64,000 nucleotides of DNA from Octopus bimaculoides. Lineage: Eukaryota. Of the stretch, positions 1-12,864 are shown piece by piece (within the stretch, counting starts at the first letter, position 1; the number at the start of each line of letters is the position of its first letter). The stretch is from positions 174,721,727 through 174,785,726 of the forward strand of contig NC_068982.1 in the NCBI RefSeq assembly GCF_001194135.2, given 5' to 3'. A program made the position numbers and the translations under genes. Under the pieces are notes generated by a model. It ran no database searches and was not told where the DNA came from. It was given only the letters and a program-made list of their open reading frames with translations.

Positions 1-6
1 GCCACG

Positions 7-594
7 TGGCACAGATTGACCTTGAACTCTGCTATGCATTCACACTAAGTTTTAAAGTTCTAGCTCACTTCTGCTGTTTACAGCAGTGCTTGGAAGGAAG
101 GTGTGTAACGTGTGATTGTCACATTGACCATGACAGAGAAAGTTGAGCTGAGAATCTGCATCAAATTTTTGCCAAAAACTTGGTGATACTTGCTCAGAGG
201 CCTACGCAATGTTTTCAAAAAGTTTTCATCATTCTCAACACAGTCAAGGAGATCTTGTGTGACTGAAACCTGTATGTCTTTTTGGTCAGCTGAAAGCAGT
301 TTTGGCACAAACTTTGGCACACATGCATCTCATACCCAAATTTTCAGTGATACTGAACTGAACCAACATTAATCTGCACATCCTCTTATAACTCATGGAT
401 GGTGATTCGACGTTTTCCTCTCACAGCTGGATACACTTCTGCAATGTTTTTTTCAGTTCTGCTGGTTGCTAACATTGAAACTTAGTGCACCTGCACAGCA
501 GAGCCCAAGGTCAGTCTGTGCCAAACAGCTTCACTCTGCATGTTTTAGCTTTGTTACTATAGCAACAATCCAGATACTTATTGATCACACCTTG
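7..594. mobile_element. Rearranged mariner (Tc1/mariner) derivative
   Basis: Plus strand near 130-215 encodes a frameshifted MTEKVELRICIKF/CQKLG N-terminus; minus strand encodes FVPKLLSADQK...ENDENFLKT. Inverted repeat 7-65 vs about 468-525; mariner-like end at 570-594 followed by TA. Confidence 0.7.
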
Positions 595-858
595 TATGTG
601 TGTGTGTGTGTGTGTATATATATATGTATCTATAGTAACCCCTTACCATATCGCAGTTTATTATTTAAGCTTACGCAGATTCCCCTGTGGTGTTGTTTTG
701 CATTTAAAACAAAATAAATATAGACAAATTATAAAAATGATAAAAATATATAATACAGTACTGTTCCTGCTTTGTGGATTTTCACCTGTCGTGGGGTGTT
801 TTGGAACATAACACCCGCAATAGTTGGGGGATTACTGTACACACGCACGCACGCACAC

Positions 859-2665
859 CATCATTCGTCATCATCATTTTACTTCAATGCCCACTTTCCA
901 TGCTGGCATGGGTTGAATGGTTTGATTGAAAACCGGGGGAGCTATACCAGGTTCCAGTCGGCTTTGGCAAGGTTTCTACGGTCAGATGTCCTTCCTAACA
1001 CCAACCACTCTGAAAGTGTAGTGGGTGCTTCTTACATGCCACTGGCATGGGTGCCATTGACCTACCACCAGTCAATACAGGTCAACACAAGCCTGGTATG
1101 TCACCAAAGAGTCTAAGTCACCTGTCACTGCTTCCATGAGGTCTACTGCTTGAATGGTGCTTATGTGCCACCAGCATGGGCATCAGCCACTAGTACGATT
1201 TCACTTGGTTCAACAGGTCTTCACAAGCACAGCATATCACCCAACGATTGAAGAGTGCTTGTAATAGGCAGTTACATGATACTGGCATCAGCATTGGCCA
1301 CTGCTATGATTTCATTCGGTTTGATGCCACTGCCCCAATGAGGCCCAATGCACAAACAGTGCTTTTTACATGCCACCGGCACAAGTGCCAGTCAAACGGC
1401 ACTGGCATCAGCCACAACTATGATTTCACTTGGTTCGACAGATCTTCACAAGCACAGCGTATTGCCCAACAATTGAAGGGTGCTTTTAATGGGCCAGTTA
1501 AATGACACTGGCATCAGCCATGACTACGATCTCACTTAACTTGATGGGTCTTCTCAAGCACAGCATATCTCCAAAGCATTTGGTTGCTTGTCATTGCCTC
1601 TGTGAGGCCCAACATATGAAGATCGTGCTTCACCACCTCATCCCATGTCTTCCTGGGTCTCCCTCTTCCACAGGTTCCCTCCACCATTAGAGTCTGACAC
1701 TTCTTCACACAGCTGTCCTCATGTATACATATCACATGACCATACCACAGAGTCATCTCTCTTGCACACCACATCTCATGCTTCTTATGTTCAACTTTTC
1801 TCTCAGGATGCTTACACTCTGTTGTGCATGCACGCTGACATTACACATCCAGTGGAGTATACTAGCTTCATTTCTTACAAGACCATGCATGTTCTCAGCA
1901 GTCACAGCCCATGTTTCACTGCCGTGTAGCACGACTGTTCACACACAGGCATCATACAGTCTGCCTTTCACTCTGAGAAAGAGACCCTTTGTTACCAACA
2001 GAGGTAGGAGCTCTCTGAACTTTTCCCAGCCTATTCTTATTCTAGCAGCTATGCTCTCAGAGCATCCACCCCCACTACTGACTTGGTTACCTAGGTAATA
2101 GAAGCTTGTACATGGCTTGTACAGCTCTCATTAACCACTCAACTATCCCTAGTTTCTGCATTGACCACCAGATAAGGGATTAGGGGACCCTGTCAAAGGC
2201 TTTCTCCATGTCAACAAATATCAAAGGCTTTCTCCATTTCAACAAAAGTAGGTGTTTTTCCTACAGCTGTCTTACCAGAAATATAGCATCAGTGGTGCTT
2301 CTCCCTGGCACAAACCCAAACTGCATCTCATCTAAACTAACTCTCTCCCTAATTAGTTGGGCTATGACCCTCTCTGTGACCTTCATCACTTGATCCAACA
2401 GTTTGATACCTCTGTTATTATTTCTATCTAAGGCATCACCTTTACCTTTGTAGCAATTGACTATGGTGCTGTTACACCAGTCGTTGGGTGTGACTCCTTC
2501 ATGTATCACCTGGTAAATTATACGGGTGACTAGACCATAACCTACACCACCAGGTATTTTAAGCATCTCACTGGTGATTACTGATGGGCCAGGGGCTTTC
2601 TCTGTCTTCATAGCTTTAATTACTTTATCTACCAAGGTACTGTCAATTCGGATAGCTGGTCCCTC
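859..2665 (-). mobile_element. 5'-truncated, internally deleted RTE-clade LINE with 3' UTR and (GAT)n tail
   Basis: Minus ORFs KAPGPS...YKGKGDAL..NNRGIKLL...QFGFVPGRSTTDAIF (RT N-terminal part) and GRGRPRKTW (RTE C-terminus); internally repeated UTR modules 1180-1570; tail at 859-877. Confidence 0.88.
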
Positions 2666-3136
2666 ATATATATATATTTGTGGATGATTGCACTTGTAAT
2701 TAAAATGTCAAACTTTGGCACACTGATTGTTCCTGGGGATTATGTTAAGGTTACATATATCCATTGAGTACTCTACAAGTATTTAAAATTGAAAACTTGG
2801 AAAGTATTCTTACTTCTGCATTTCTCAATGTCAGATGTCTTCATTTGTAGACCTCCCAGTGAGAAACTTTGAGTAGTAAGCTAGATGAGAACTTGGTATT
2901 ACACACACACAAATACACACATTCATATATAAGTAAAATATTTATAAAATAGTAATGGCTTTCCTTCTGTTTCAGAAATGTTCTGTTCAATCATCTTGAC
3001 TTTTTTTCTCATTGAATTATCATGTCTATTTCAATAAAGGTAGTTCAGCTGCTCCAATAACAGAACATTCTTGAAACTGACAGAGATCCATTTCTATTCT
3101 ATAGCTATTTCACACACACACACACACATGTTGGTA

Positions 3137-3197
<61 letters not shown>

Positions 3198-5057
3198 GTA
3201 CATATGCATACACACGTATACTCACACACATGTGTGTGTGTTTGTATAATATTCCAAGTTTCTCTCTGCAAGTAGGTTTGCAAGTAAAGACATCCAATAA
3301 AAAAATTCAGTATTACTTTCAAGTTTTGTATTTCAGATATATTTTCTCTTTGTTAACTTAGTACTTAGTATGTTTGTATGTCTGTCACTTATTTCAATAG
3401 GATATTAGTGCCCGTGTGCATGTGCATATATGTGCATTCAAAGCAGATGAGTTATATGTATGTATGTATGTATGTATGTATTGGTGCAAATACCACAGTG
3501 TGGTTAAGAAGTTTGCATTGATGCCACATGGTTTTAGGTTGTCTGATTGTGTAGTACCCTTGGGTAAACGCCCACTACTATTATCTCTGGCTCACCTATT
3601 CCCCGTGAGTCGAATTGGTAGATGGAAACTAGTTGGATGTTCATTAATACACATACACACTCATGTGTATGGGGGGTGCATATTCATTTGCATGCATGCA
3701 TGCATGTTGTGTGAGTGTGGGTTTGTGTAATGTTGTCATTCCTGGTCCTTTACATGTGATTGTCTGAGCAAAAAAAAAAGCTGTGGTCATATTTACATTC
3801 CTGGTGACCATTATGTCCATAACTATGCACTCTTAAAGTAGAAGAATAATTAAAAAAAAAGTCCCTTATTTGTTAAACAGATTAGAGTTGGTGATGGGGA
3901 GAGCATCCAACTATGACATACTGCTTCAAATAAATACCCATGCCATCCATGCCAGCATAGAAAACCCAACATAAGACGAGCGAACAGGCAAATGAATGAT
4001 TGCTTATATATGGGTGTACACAAACTCATTCACACATGACAGAGAGAAAGAGAGAGAGATTTGTATGTGTGTAACTCTGTGTGTATTCAGGAGTATATAG
4101 ATGTATTTGTTCGTGGGTACATGATCATTTAAGTTTAAAGATATGGAAATAAATACGGCATATTTAGCTAGTGGAACTAAATGAAAGTCGACACATGTAA
4201 GATGAATACCCGTAGTTAAGTATATGCACACACACACACATATAGTTGCATATAGAAGCATATACAGGTGCACAAACATGTTTTTAGGTGAAATAGTAAA
4301 ATTCATCGATGCATCACACCACCTATGTTTGACATCCCCTGTCACAATTGGTATTTCTTCTCTCCCTCTTTGCAAAACAACTGTCATGCACAAAATGAAC
4401 CCACACTCATGCACTCTGTCTCTCTCTCTTTTACAATTCATTCTTTCTCTTCCTTTCTTTTGCAATCTACCTCTGTACGTCTGTGTCTTTCTTTATATTT
4501 CTAAAACACACCCCCCTCTCTCTCCATGAATGAACAAATGCATATTGCTTGCTCAAATGACCCTTTCACCTACCTGCATTTTTATATCTGCCATTATTGT
4601 TTGATGTTGTTGCTCTTGTTTTTTTTTCTTTCATATTTTGTTGTTACTAATTTTATTTTTGAATGTTTGTTTATCTGTTATTTCTTCTTTTTATTTTTGT
4701 GCATTTTTATTTAATTGTTTATGTATTTTTATTAAATTTCTAATGTTTATTTATGTTCCTCCATATCATTCATATTTTCTCTATTTTCTGAACTGATTTG
4801 TTGAATGTGGATGCTATTGTCTATGTAATATTAAATATATCAGTGTGTAAGTGTGTGTGCATATATATATATATATATATATACATACACACACACATTC
4901 ACACATATATATGCACACACATACCACCCCCATGTGTGGTCGTGGGGGTGTTTCTTTCAAGCCCAAATGTATCTTTTATGTGTTTGACACATTTTTGCTG
5001 TTATTTATGTAAATAATTTTCTGATTTTGAAACCATTTTAGGAAATAAATTGATTGG

Positions 5058-5092
<35 letters not shown>

Positions 5093-5093
<1 letters not shown>

Positions 5094-5302
5094 AGCAGCA
5101 AGTTGGCAGAATCATTAGCATGCCGAGCAAAATGCTTAGTAGCATTTTGTCCGACCTTATGTTCTGAGTTCAAATTCCACCAAGATAGACTTTGCCTTTC
5201 ATCCTTTCGGGGTCGATGGCAAAAGTACCAGTCAAGCACTAAGGTCGATGTAATCGGCTCTCTCCTCAAATACCAGGCTTTGTGCCTATTGTACAAAGGA
5301 TG

Positions 5303-5333
<31 letters not shown>

Positions 5334-5790
5334 TTATTATTATTATGGCATAAGGTGGCAAGCAGGCAGAATCGTTAGCATGCCAGGCAAAATGCTTAAT
5401 CGTATTTTGCCCATCGCTATGTTCTGAGTTCAAATTTCACTGAGGTCAACTTTGCCTTTCATCCTTTCAGGGTCAATAAATCAAGTACCGATTATGCACT
5501 GGGGTCAATGTAATCGACTTACCCCATCCCCACCAAATTTCGGGCCTTGTTCCTATAGTAGGAAGGGTTATTATTATTATTATTATTATTATTATGGCAG
5601 AACGGTTGCCTTGCTGGACAAAATGCTTAACAGCATTTCATCCATCTTTACATTCTGATTTCAAATTCCACCAAAGTTCACTTTGCTTTTCATCCTTCTG
5701 AGGTCAATAAAATAAATACCAGTTGAACACTGGGGTTAATGTATTCGTCTAAGCTCCTCCCACAAACTGACAGACCTGCCTATAGAATAA
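5093..5790 (+). mobile_element. Three head-to-tail tRNA-related SINEs (family A) separated by (ATT)n/(TTC)n tracts
   Basis: Repeated unit ggcagaatc(g/a)ttagcatgcc...gagttcaaattcc (B-box-like)...ctttgcctttcatcc...gtacca at about 5093, 5346 and 5594. More copies near 21851, 22710, 37459, 37909, 50040, 50295, 52203, 63478 (+) and 35952 (-). Confidence 0.8.
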
Positions 5791-6590
5791 AGGATTATTA
5801 CTATTACTAGTAGTATCCTGTGGAAATTTCCTGGTTATCTCGAAAATTGTAAGATGGAATTGTATATTTTTCTGAACCATTAGAACCTTGAGATGTTGTA
5901 AAAGTCCATATGAATAGTATTGAAGGTGCAATCTCCAGAAACAACATCTCTGGAAATTATCATATTCATACAGCTTCTACTTTGTGAGTTGTCTGTTATT
6001 TTTCACTTTATGTTAAGAAGTAAACAATATTAACTATGGAACAAAATCAAAAATATTATCTTTAATATTATTCTGCTTATTTCTAATTAGCTTTTTTGTG
6101 TTTATTATACAATTTAGTAGGATTATTATTATCATTTCTGTTGTTATAGTTGTTAATAATCATGAAAACTTTGACATATGAACTTAAATTTACAGAGGAG
6201 GGAATTTTGATAAGATCATCTCTAGTATATTGATAGAACATATTTTATCAACCTTAGAAGAAAGAAAAAACAAAATCAACCTAAGTAAGTTATGTACTCA
6301 TGTGCTCATACCATCAGTATAATGGTAACAACAAGAACAACAATAATCATGATAATAAAAACAGCTAGTGTTTCTAATTTAGGCACAAGTTAAAAAAAAG
6401 ACGTGTGTGTGTGTTGTGATGAGCTTCTACGTAGCTTTGGTCTATCAAATTCAATCACAAGGCTTTGGTTAGCTTATGGTTATAATAGAAAAACTGACCA
6501 GGTGTCAAGCAGTGGGACTAAACCCAAAGTTATGTGCATATGAAGTGAATTTCTTTATCACTAGGCCATGCGTGTGTGTGTACATGCATG

Positions 6591-6636
<46 letters not shown>

Positions 6637-6750
6637 CATGCATATATAAATAAATAATATATCTGACAAGTTCGAGAAACAAACAAAAGCACTAATGAAT
6701 AAATAAGATTTTTTTCAAAAATTCTGGTGACCTTTTTTTCTCGACTGTCA

Positions 6751-6792
6751 TACCGGCCATGACGAAGGGAAATAGCCCTGAAACTCGAGTCG
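6751..6792 (+). ncRNA. Hammerhead-like motif, second family, copy 1 (non-canonical core), cut by assembly gap
   Basis: GGC-C-A-TGACGA-AGGG-aaatag-CCCT-GAAAC-TCGA-GTC-G; 41/42 nt identical to the reverse complement of 20550-20591. Confidence 0.4.
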
Positions 6793-6892
6793 NNNNNNNN
6801 NNNNNNNNNNNNNNNNNNNNNNNNNNNNNNNNNNNNNNNNNNNNNNNNNNNNNNNNNNNNNNNNNNNNNNNNNNNNNNNNNNNNNNNNNNNN
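6793..6892. other. Assembly gap (100 N); other gaps at 16341-16778, 25727-25736, 27434-28143 and 55963-56818
   Basis: Runs of N, three of them flanked by (TA)n repeats. Confidence 1.
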
Positions 6893-6974
6893 GCTACGCT
6901 AGTGCTATACTAGGTGCAATCAATGGGAGTGGGTAAAAGTGGGGGTTTTACCCAAAATTTGTGTAACAATTATC

Positions 6975-7952
6975 AAAGTATACTGTATTATAGAGGTATT
7001 ACAGGTGATTTTAACAATTGGTTTCTTAGTAGATATTTGGTAATTGGCTTTTATCTAAAATATATGTTCTTCAGGAACAGCAGGTATGGAAAAGATAAGT
7101 AACTGCTCTCAGTTATTGGATGTAATGGTAATTTTTTTTTATATAATTCTTTTCTCATCTAGACATAATCTGCATTTTCTAAAACTATTAAGATAAGGCT
7201 TGCACTTCTCCAAGATTTTCTACTTGATGTTGTTATCCATGACACTTGACTTCAATGACCATGACTTACATCAAAAGGAAAACCTTGGATAAATCCAAGC
7301 TTCATTTTGATAGTAGTGGAAAATATGGGTTATGTCTAACCAAGAAAAGAATTATATTAAAAAATCTCATCACCCAGACATTTACCTATATTGCAAAAAT
7401 GAGATTTTTGGCCCATACCTACATGAGAGAGGATATATGTTGGCTTACTTGAGGCTCTACCATAATTATAAACGTCAAAATCTTCTTCATCTCCCCACCA
7501 CCATCACATTCTGAGAACCAACAAGTTTTGGCCAAACCATACTCACATAGGATATGCCACAAATATGAGGCTGAATGTTTGGGCACCTGCCCAGTTTCCT
7601 GTTCCAAAATACCTCTACACATACCCACCAACCCCTTCATCCCTGCACATACATTTACCCACCAAATCCTGTTGCATTATAGTTAACTCAGTGGGGTTTG
7701 TGGGAGCAAGGGACATAACTCTTGATAAATCCCTCAATTGTCACATGCAACTTTGTTTCATCTTTCTGTCAGCACTTTCAAACTAGATGTCACATTTTCT
7801 CACTTTCAATAAAGCGGGCATTTACCATATCTTTATCCATACCTGCCGTCTTTGAAGAGCATTTTTATTAAATAACAGCCAAGTTACCTCATATCTGGTG
7901 TGAAACCAATTGCTAAAATTGGGTGTAATGGCTCTATAATACTGTATACTTT
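6975..7952. mobile_element. About 1-kb degenerate TIR DNA transposon (possibly Tc1/mariner)
   Basis: Imperfect 51-bp inverted repeats 6975-7025 / 7902-7952; decayed interior with only a faint DETK-like motif on the minus strand. Confidence 0.55.
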
Positions 7953-8036
7953 ATTTTGTACACCAACTCTATTTACAAACATACAAGTGCCTATTTTTTT
8001 TACTTAGGGATTCTTAGGCAACTGTTTGTATATGTA

Positions 8037-8069
<33 letters not shown>

Positions 8070-8430
8070 TGTGTGATGGGCTGATATCTTTTGAAATTTT
8101 TTGAATTTCTTGAATTTTTTAAAAGTATTAATTCATTTTTCTTCTCATCTACCTTAACAGTATCTCAGTGTTTTAGTTTATATTTATTCTATTTTGTAAA
8201 TTATTTTGTCTTTTTTTTTTATCACGTGATTTTTTTTTTTTTTTGCTTGTGTTTCCTTTAAATTTTTAAGTTAAGACTCAATTTCATTTACATTATTGAA
8301 CATTATTATCATTTTGTTGTTTTGTTTTTCATTGAAATTTTGTTCTTTTAAAAGTAGATCTTGGTAAGTACTATTAGACGTAGATAGTTTCTATTACACA
8401 TAGATATTACATATTATTCACAACTGGTTT

Positions 8431-8492
8431 CTGTCTTTTAGCTCTGGCTTAGAATATCGCTGTCTTTTAGCTCTGGCTTAGAGTATCGCTGT
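8431..8492. repeat. Tandem duplication of a 29-bp unit
   Basis: ctgtcttttagctctggcttaga(a/g)tatcg, two copies plus ctgt. Confidence 0.9.
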
Positions 8493-8714
8493 ATCCATCT
8501 ATTAACTTTCTCAGTATATTTACTATAGCGTTATCCAGTGTGTTCATCCTTTTTTATGGTGATAGTGTGTGATTCAAGGGATATTTAAGCATGTCAGGCA
8601 ACTAGGGTAACGGTTTCATTTTTGACTTTTTATTTATCAATTAGGTAACAGTTAGACATTCATATTATTGCATTTCTTGCATAATTTTGCATTATGATAA
8701 TTTTAAAATGTTAT

Positions 8715-8750
<36 letters not shown>

Positions 8751-8962
8751 AATATAAGTGAGGATTATCAGTCTGGCAAGATACTTCGTAAGCTCTCTGC
8801 TAGTACACCAGGCTGACAATATTGTTTAGATTAGCAAAGAACACCAAGTCTTCTTGTGATAGAGTATGAGGTCATAGTTCATCACAGTTCTATATTGTAA
8901 ATCTGTGGTTGTGCTCCAGTTATATATAACTGGTTTTTACACGGAGTGATATACAAGACAAG

Positions 8963-9241
8963 GTATAAATAATGGTCATTACATATTTTTCTTTTATTGG
9001 AGTAAATTTGGCTTACAGCTGTTTCCTGTGGTCATTATAGGTTTGTTACTGACAAGTTTACTTGTCTATTGATCAGTTGAGAAAAGTTGAGTGACCTAAA
9101 AACTTAATGCAACCTATGTTAGCCATTTCTAGTTAACTAGAAATGACTCTATCAGTAATGAACCTATAATGATTACTAGAAATAGCTGTAAACCAAATTT
9201 ACTTCAATAAAGAAAAAATATGTAATGACCGTTATTTATAC
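8963..9241. mobile_element. Fold-back / MITE-like element with about 90-bp inverted arms
   Basis: gtataaataatggtcattacatatttttc...ttactga is mirrored by tcagtaatgaacc...tgtaatgaccgttatttatac. Confidence 0.75.
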
Positions 9242-10635
9242 TTTATATAAATAATGACCATTATTTATACTATATATATATATGTATATACATACATACA
9301 TAGATATATATATATGTATATATAACGTAATGTTGATGAAATGCACTCCCACCATGTACCCACACACATCATACATGTGTGTATGTCTGGGGGTATTTTA
9401 TGTACATTTATGTGCATGTCATTTTTTGCTCATGCATGTGTGTGCATGCATTTGTGTCAGTGTTTGTCTCCACCACCACTTGACAACTAGTGTTGGTTTG
9501 TTTACATCCCTGTAGCAGTTTGGCTAAAGTGACCAATGGAATAAGTACCCCAGACTTAAAATAAAATAAATACTGTGGTTGTTTTGTTCTATTAAAGATC
9601 AATGACTGAAACAAGTTGAAGGTAAAAAAAAAAAATAAATAAAAGACATTACTTTGCCTTCCTGGATCAAAGTGTCTAGTACTGGATCTGCAAACTGAGG
9701 TGTGCCAGTGGTGATAGGTTAAGAAAATACGGGTGGGAAGAATGGATTAGAGATATGTGAAGCTAGCTTGTTCAGGGATGCATAAGCCACTGCTATTGAA
9801 GAGGCAGAGTGAAGTAACATCCTATTTGGAAGATAGTTGTTGAAGACTATTGATGAGTAAGACTCATCTATCTGCCTTCTTATGCAAAATTTCCCATTGA
9901 TGGAAATATGCACTGTTAGTATGCTACAAAGACCTGACCATAAAATTACTATTTGAAGTAGCAAAATATTAGCATGCTACACATTTAAAAAAATATCTTT
10001 TAGTGTTTAGTCTCATCTTTATATGAAATGGGTTTGAAATTCTAGCTGAGTCACCTTTGTTTTCATTCTCTGCAAATGATAAAATAAACCCTAGTACTAG
10101 AAAATTGATTCACTCAACAATACCTTCTTCTCTACTCAAATTATTGCTGTTGTTATCAATTATGAATTTTCAACAGTTTTATGTGAGTTTCTACCGCTTC
10201 ACTGCAAAAACTCACAGTGGTCTTGTGTTTGTACACTACATCAATGTTGCTTTGTTATGAGGTTTGGAGTGGATTCTGGTGCAGTTTTAGCATTTCTTTT
10301 TTGTTATGAAGAGTTTGTTGTAGTGTGAGTTGTATTATTTTGTTGGGTGGTGATTATGATTTGGGTGTTGTCTGATTGATATTGTGTGTTTGGTTGTCAG
10401 ATGGTGATTGCTTAGAGTATATACTGTGTGCTTTGCATAACATTTACGAATTGCTACTGTAAAGAATGTGAACTGTGTAGGATCAGTTATGTAGGTATTG
10501 TGGTATTTCTTTATTAGGTATTGATCATATAGATTATGTTGTGTATGAGTTATGTTATTTCATTTGGTGATTATTATGTTGAGTATGTCTTTTGTGCAGA
10601 GGGTATGTTGTTTGAATTTTACTGTTGAACAGAAA

Positions 10636-10729
10636 GTATCTTGTGTAGGATGTGGTTGTATCTTGTGTAGGATGTGGTTGTATCTTGTGGAGGATGTGGT
10701 TGTATCTTGTGTAGGATATGGTTGTATCT
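10636..10729. repeat. 22-bp minisatellite, 4 copies plus partial
   Basis: Unit tatcttgtgtaggatgtggttg starting at 10637, 10659, 10681 and 10703. Confidence 0.95.
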
Positions 10730-12653
10730 AGCAGAGCTACTTTTTTAGATTATATGTAACATTGTTAGGCCTGGTATGATTTGTAGGTTCTGTTGATATT
10801 TTTGTAAAATCATACCTTATACTCCAGTTGTTACTGGTACTCTTTTTATTTTCATATCCCACATCCTGTTCATTTCAGTTACCAGGTCTTTGTACTTTAA
10901 TAGTTTCTCCACGTCCTTTCATATAATGTTTTGGTTAGAAGAGATTAAGATGTTTGTCAGCACACAGATATTTTCATCCTAGTGTTGATTATTATGTCTG
11001 GATAGTTTGTCTTGATCTTTTTATTAGTTTAGATAAACATACCTCAGATGTTGGTGACAGACTTGTTGCTATGTATTGTGTTGGTTACATGCTTGTTTGT
11101 ACCTAATGTTAAAATGTTGGCCTATTGCCCAGTGGACAACACTGCTGTCTCTGATTGTGTCTCTGAATATACTCAGATTTGGCAAAGACTGTACAGTTGA
11201 TGAGAATGGAGAAATTGGTGGTGTTATTTGTGTCAGGGTACAGTGTTGAGCCTACTGTGTTATGATAGCCATTATTTGTCATTTCTAAACTTAATTGTTG
11301 CTGATATCCAATTTAGATTCCATTTCTTTGGTAATTAATGAAAAGACCATCAAAAGCATACTAATTCTAGAATATTATGTTAGCTTGTAAAACAGAAAGC
11401 TTCATGAAATTTAGCATATTTTTTTTTTAAATATAAAATGATGTTGGGGAAATGGAATAGATTTTTGGAGACTTTTTTTGTTGTTTATTTGTCTGTTTAT
11501 TTTGTTTGCCCTTTTTTAATTTGCAGTTCAAATAACATTGTATCTGATGTTTATTGTATTGTGTTTTCTCTTCCATTCAAATCTGTTTTCATTGATTTCT
11601 CTTAAAGTCCTGCTAGACTTTAGGGCAGGTGTTTTATGTACCACAGTTACCCTTCATAGCATCATTGTATATATTAAATGTGATGCTCTTTGTGAGGAGA
11701 GTTTTAGTTTGTTTTTTTGTTGTTTTTTTTTTTGCTCTACACCTCTGTTTTCTATGCAAGCTTTGATGCTGTAGATTTTGCAAAATTTTTGATGCAATGT
11801 TTTATTAGTCTTTTAGAGATTTGAAGACATCTGTCTCACTTCTTAGCCAAAATGGATATTGTATCAGGTTCATTCATGCCTGCTTGCACAAATATGGGCT
11901 CACATGTAGATATATTTTGAGGATGGCAAGTCAAATTTGTAAAATTAAAGACTGCTGAATATCATATGACATTTTTCAAGGCTGTCATCTATAAACAGAG
12001 AGTAAAATATGTTTTCCAAAATTTAGCTGTTTTTTTTTTCCTTGCTTTTGTGTTTTATGTTATTTTAATTTGTTTTTCTTCTAAAATTATATTTTGTTGA
12101 TACAGAATTATTTTAATACCATATTTTATATTGGGTGTCTTTTGAAAATAATTAGTATTAATTTCTAAGTAAATCACAATGAAGCATATTTAATGTGTGT
12201 AACACATATCCTTAAGGTATAAATAATTTTAATGCATTTTGGTAATATTTGGGTTATAACTCCTACAGTTCTTCAACTAGTTCTATGAGTTAATTAGCTC
12301 ACCCATAAAGTGGAAATATATTTTCCAGTAAGTCTAAATATATTTTAAGCATATTAATGTTATAAATATTAAATATGTTTTCATATGGAGAACTGTTATT
12401 GTAGTTTTTTTTCTTCTGTTTCCTAAATACAACCCACAAATATATGAATATTAATAAGTAATAAATATCAAAATCTCTTACAGCAAAGTAACTTTACTTT
12501 TTGATATCAGTAAAATATATATGTTTCACCTTTCAAAATTTTTTTGTGTGTATTTTTTCCCTCTAAATTTTATTAGTCATTTGCTTGTTTATGTTACAGT
12601 TTTCAAGTTTATGTATCTTCTTATTCATTTACTTTTCTTTTGTGTATGCATAG

Positions 12654-12864
12654 TGATGATAATGAAAATCGGTATGAAGATAAAGAAAAGCCATCTCGTG
12701 ACCGTAAGGAGTTTGAATTCAAAGACGAGGATGAAGAGTATACTTCTGTGGAACGCACTCAAACAACACACACTGAGAAAATTACCACCAATATCCGTAC
12801 CACTCGATCTAACAAGAAATTAGACCTTGGTGCAGCTGCAAACTATGGTAAAGAGACCAATCAG
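12654..12864 (+). CDS. CLINT1: Clathrin interactor 1 / epsinR internal coding exon (first exon found in window; phase 2 in, phase 0 out)
   Basis: Pyrimidine tract + TAG acceptor (12651-53), GTAAGG donor at 12865. Encodes DDNENRYEDKEKPSRDRKEFEFKDEDEE...KKLDLGAAANYGKETNQ, matching the EFKDEEE and DLGAAAHY segments I recognise in vertebrate CLINT1 after the ENTH domain. Confidence 0.92.

Noticed and set aside
6196-6284. CAG...GTAAGT-bounded 89-nt open segment (GGNFDKIISSILIEH...)
   Set aside because: Phase 2 to 1 does not fit the phase-2 acceptor at 12654, and there is no resemblance to CLINT1.
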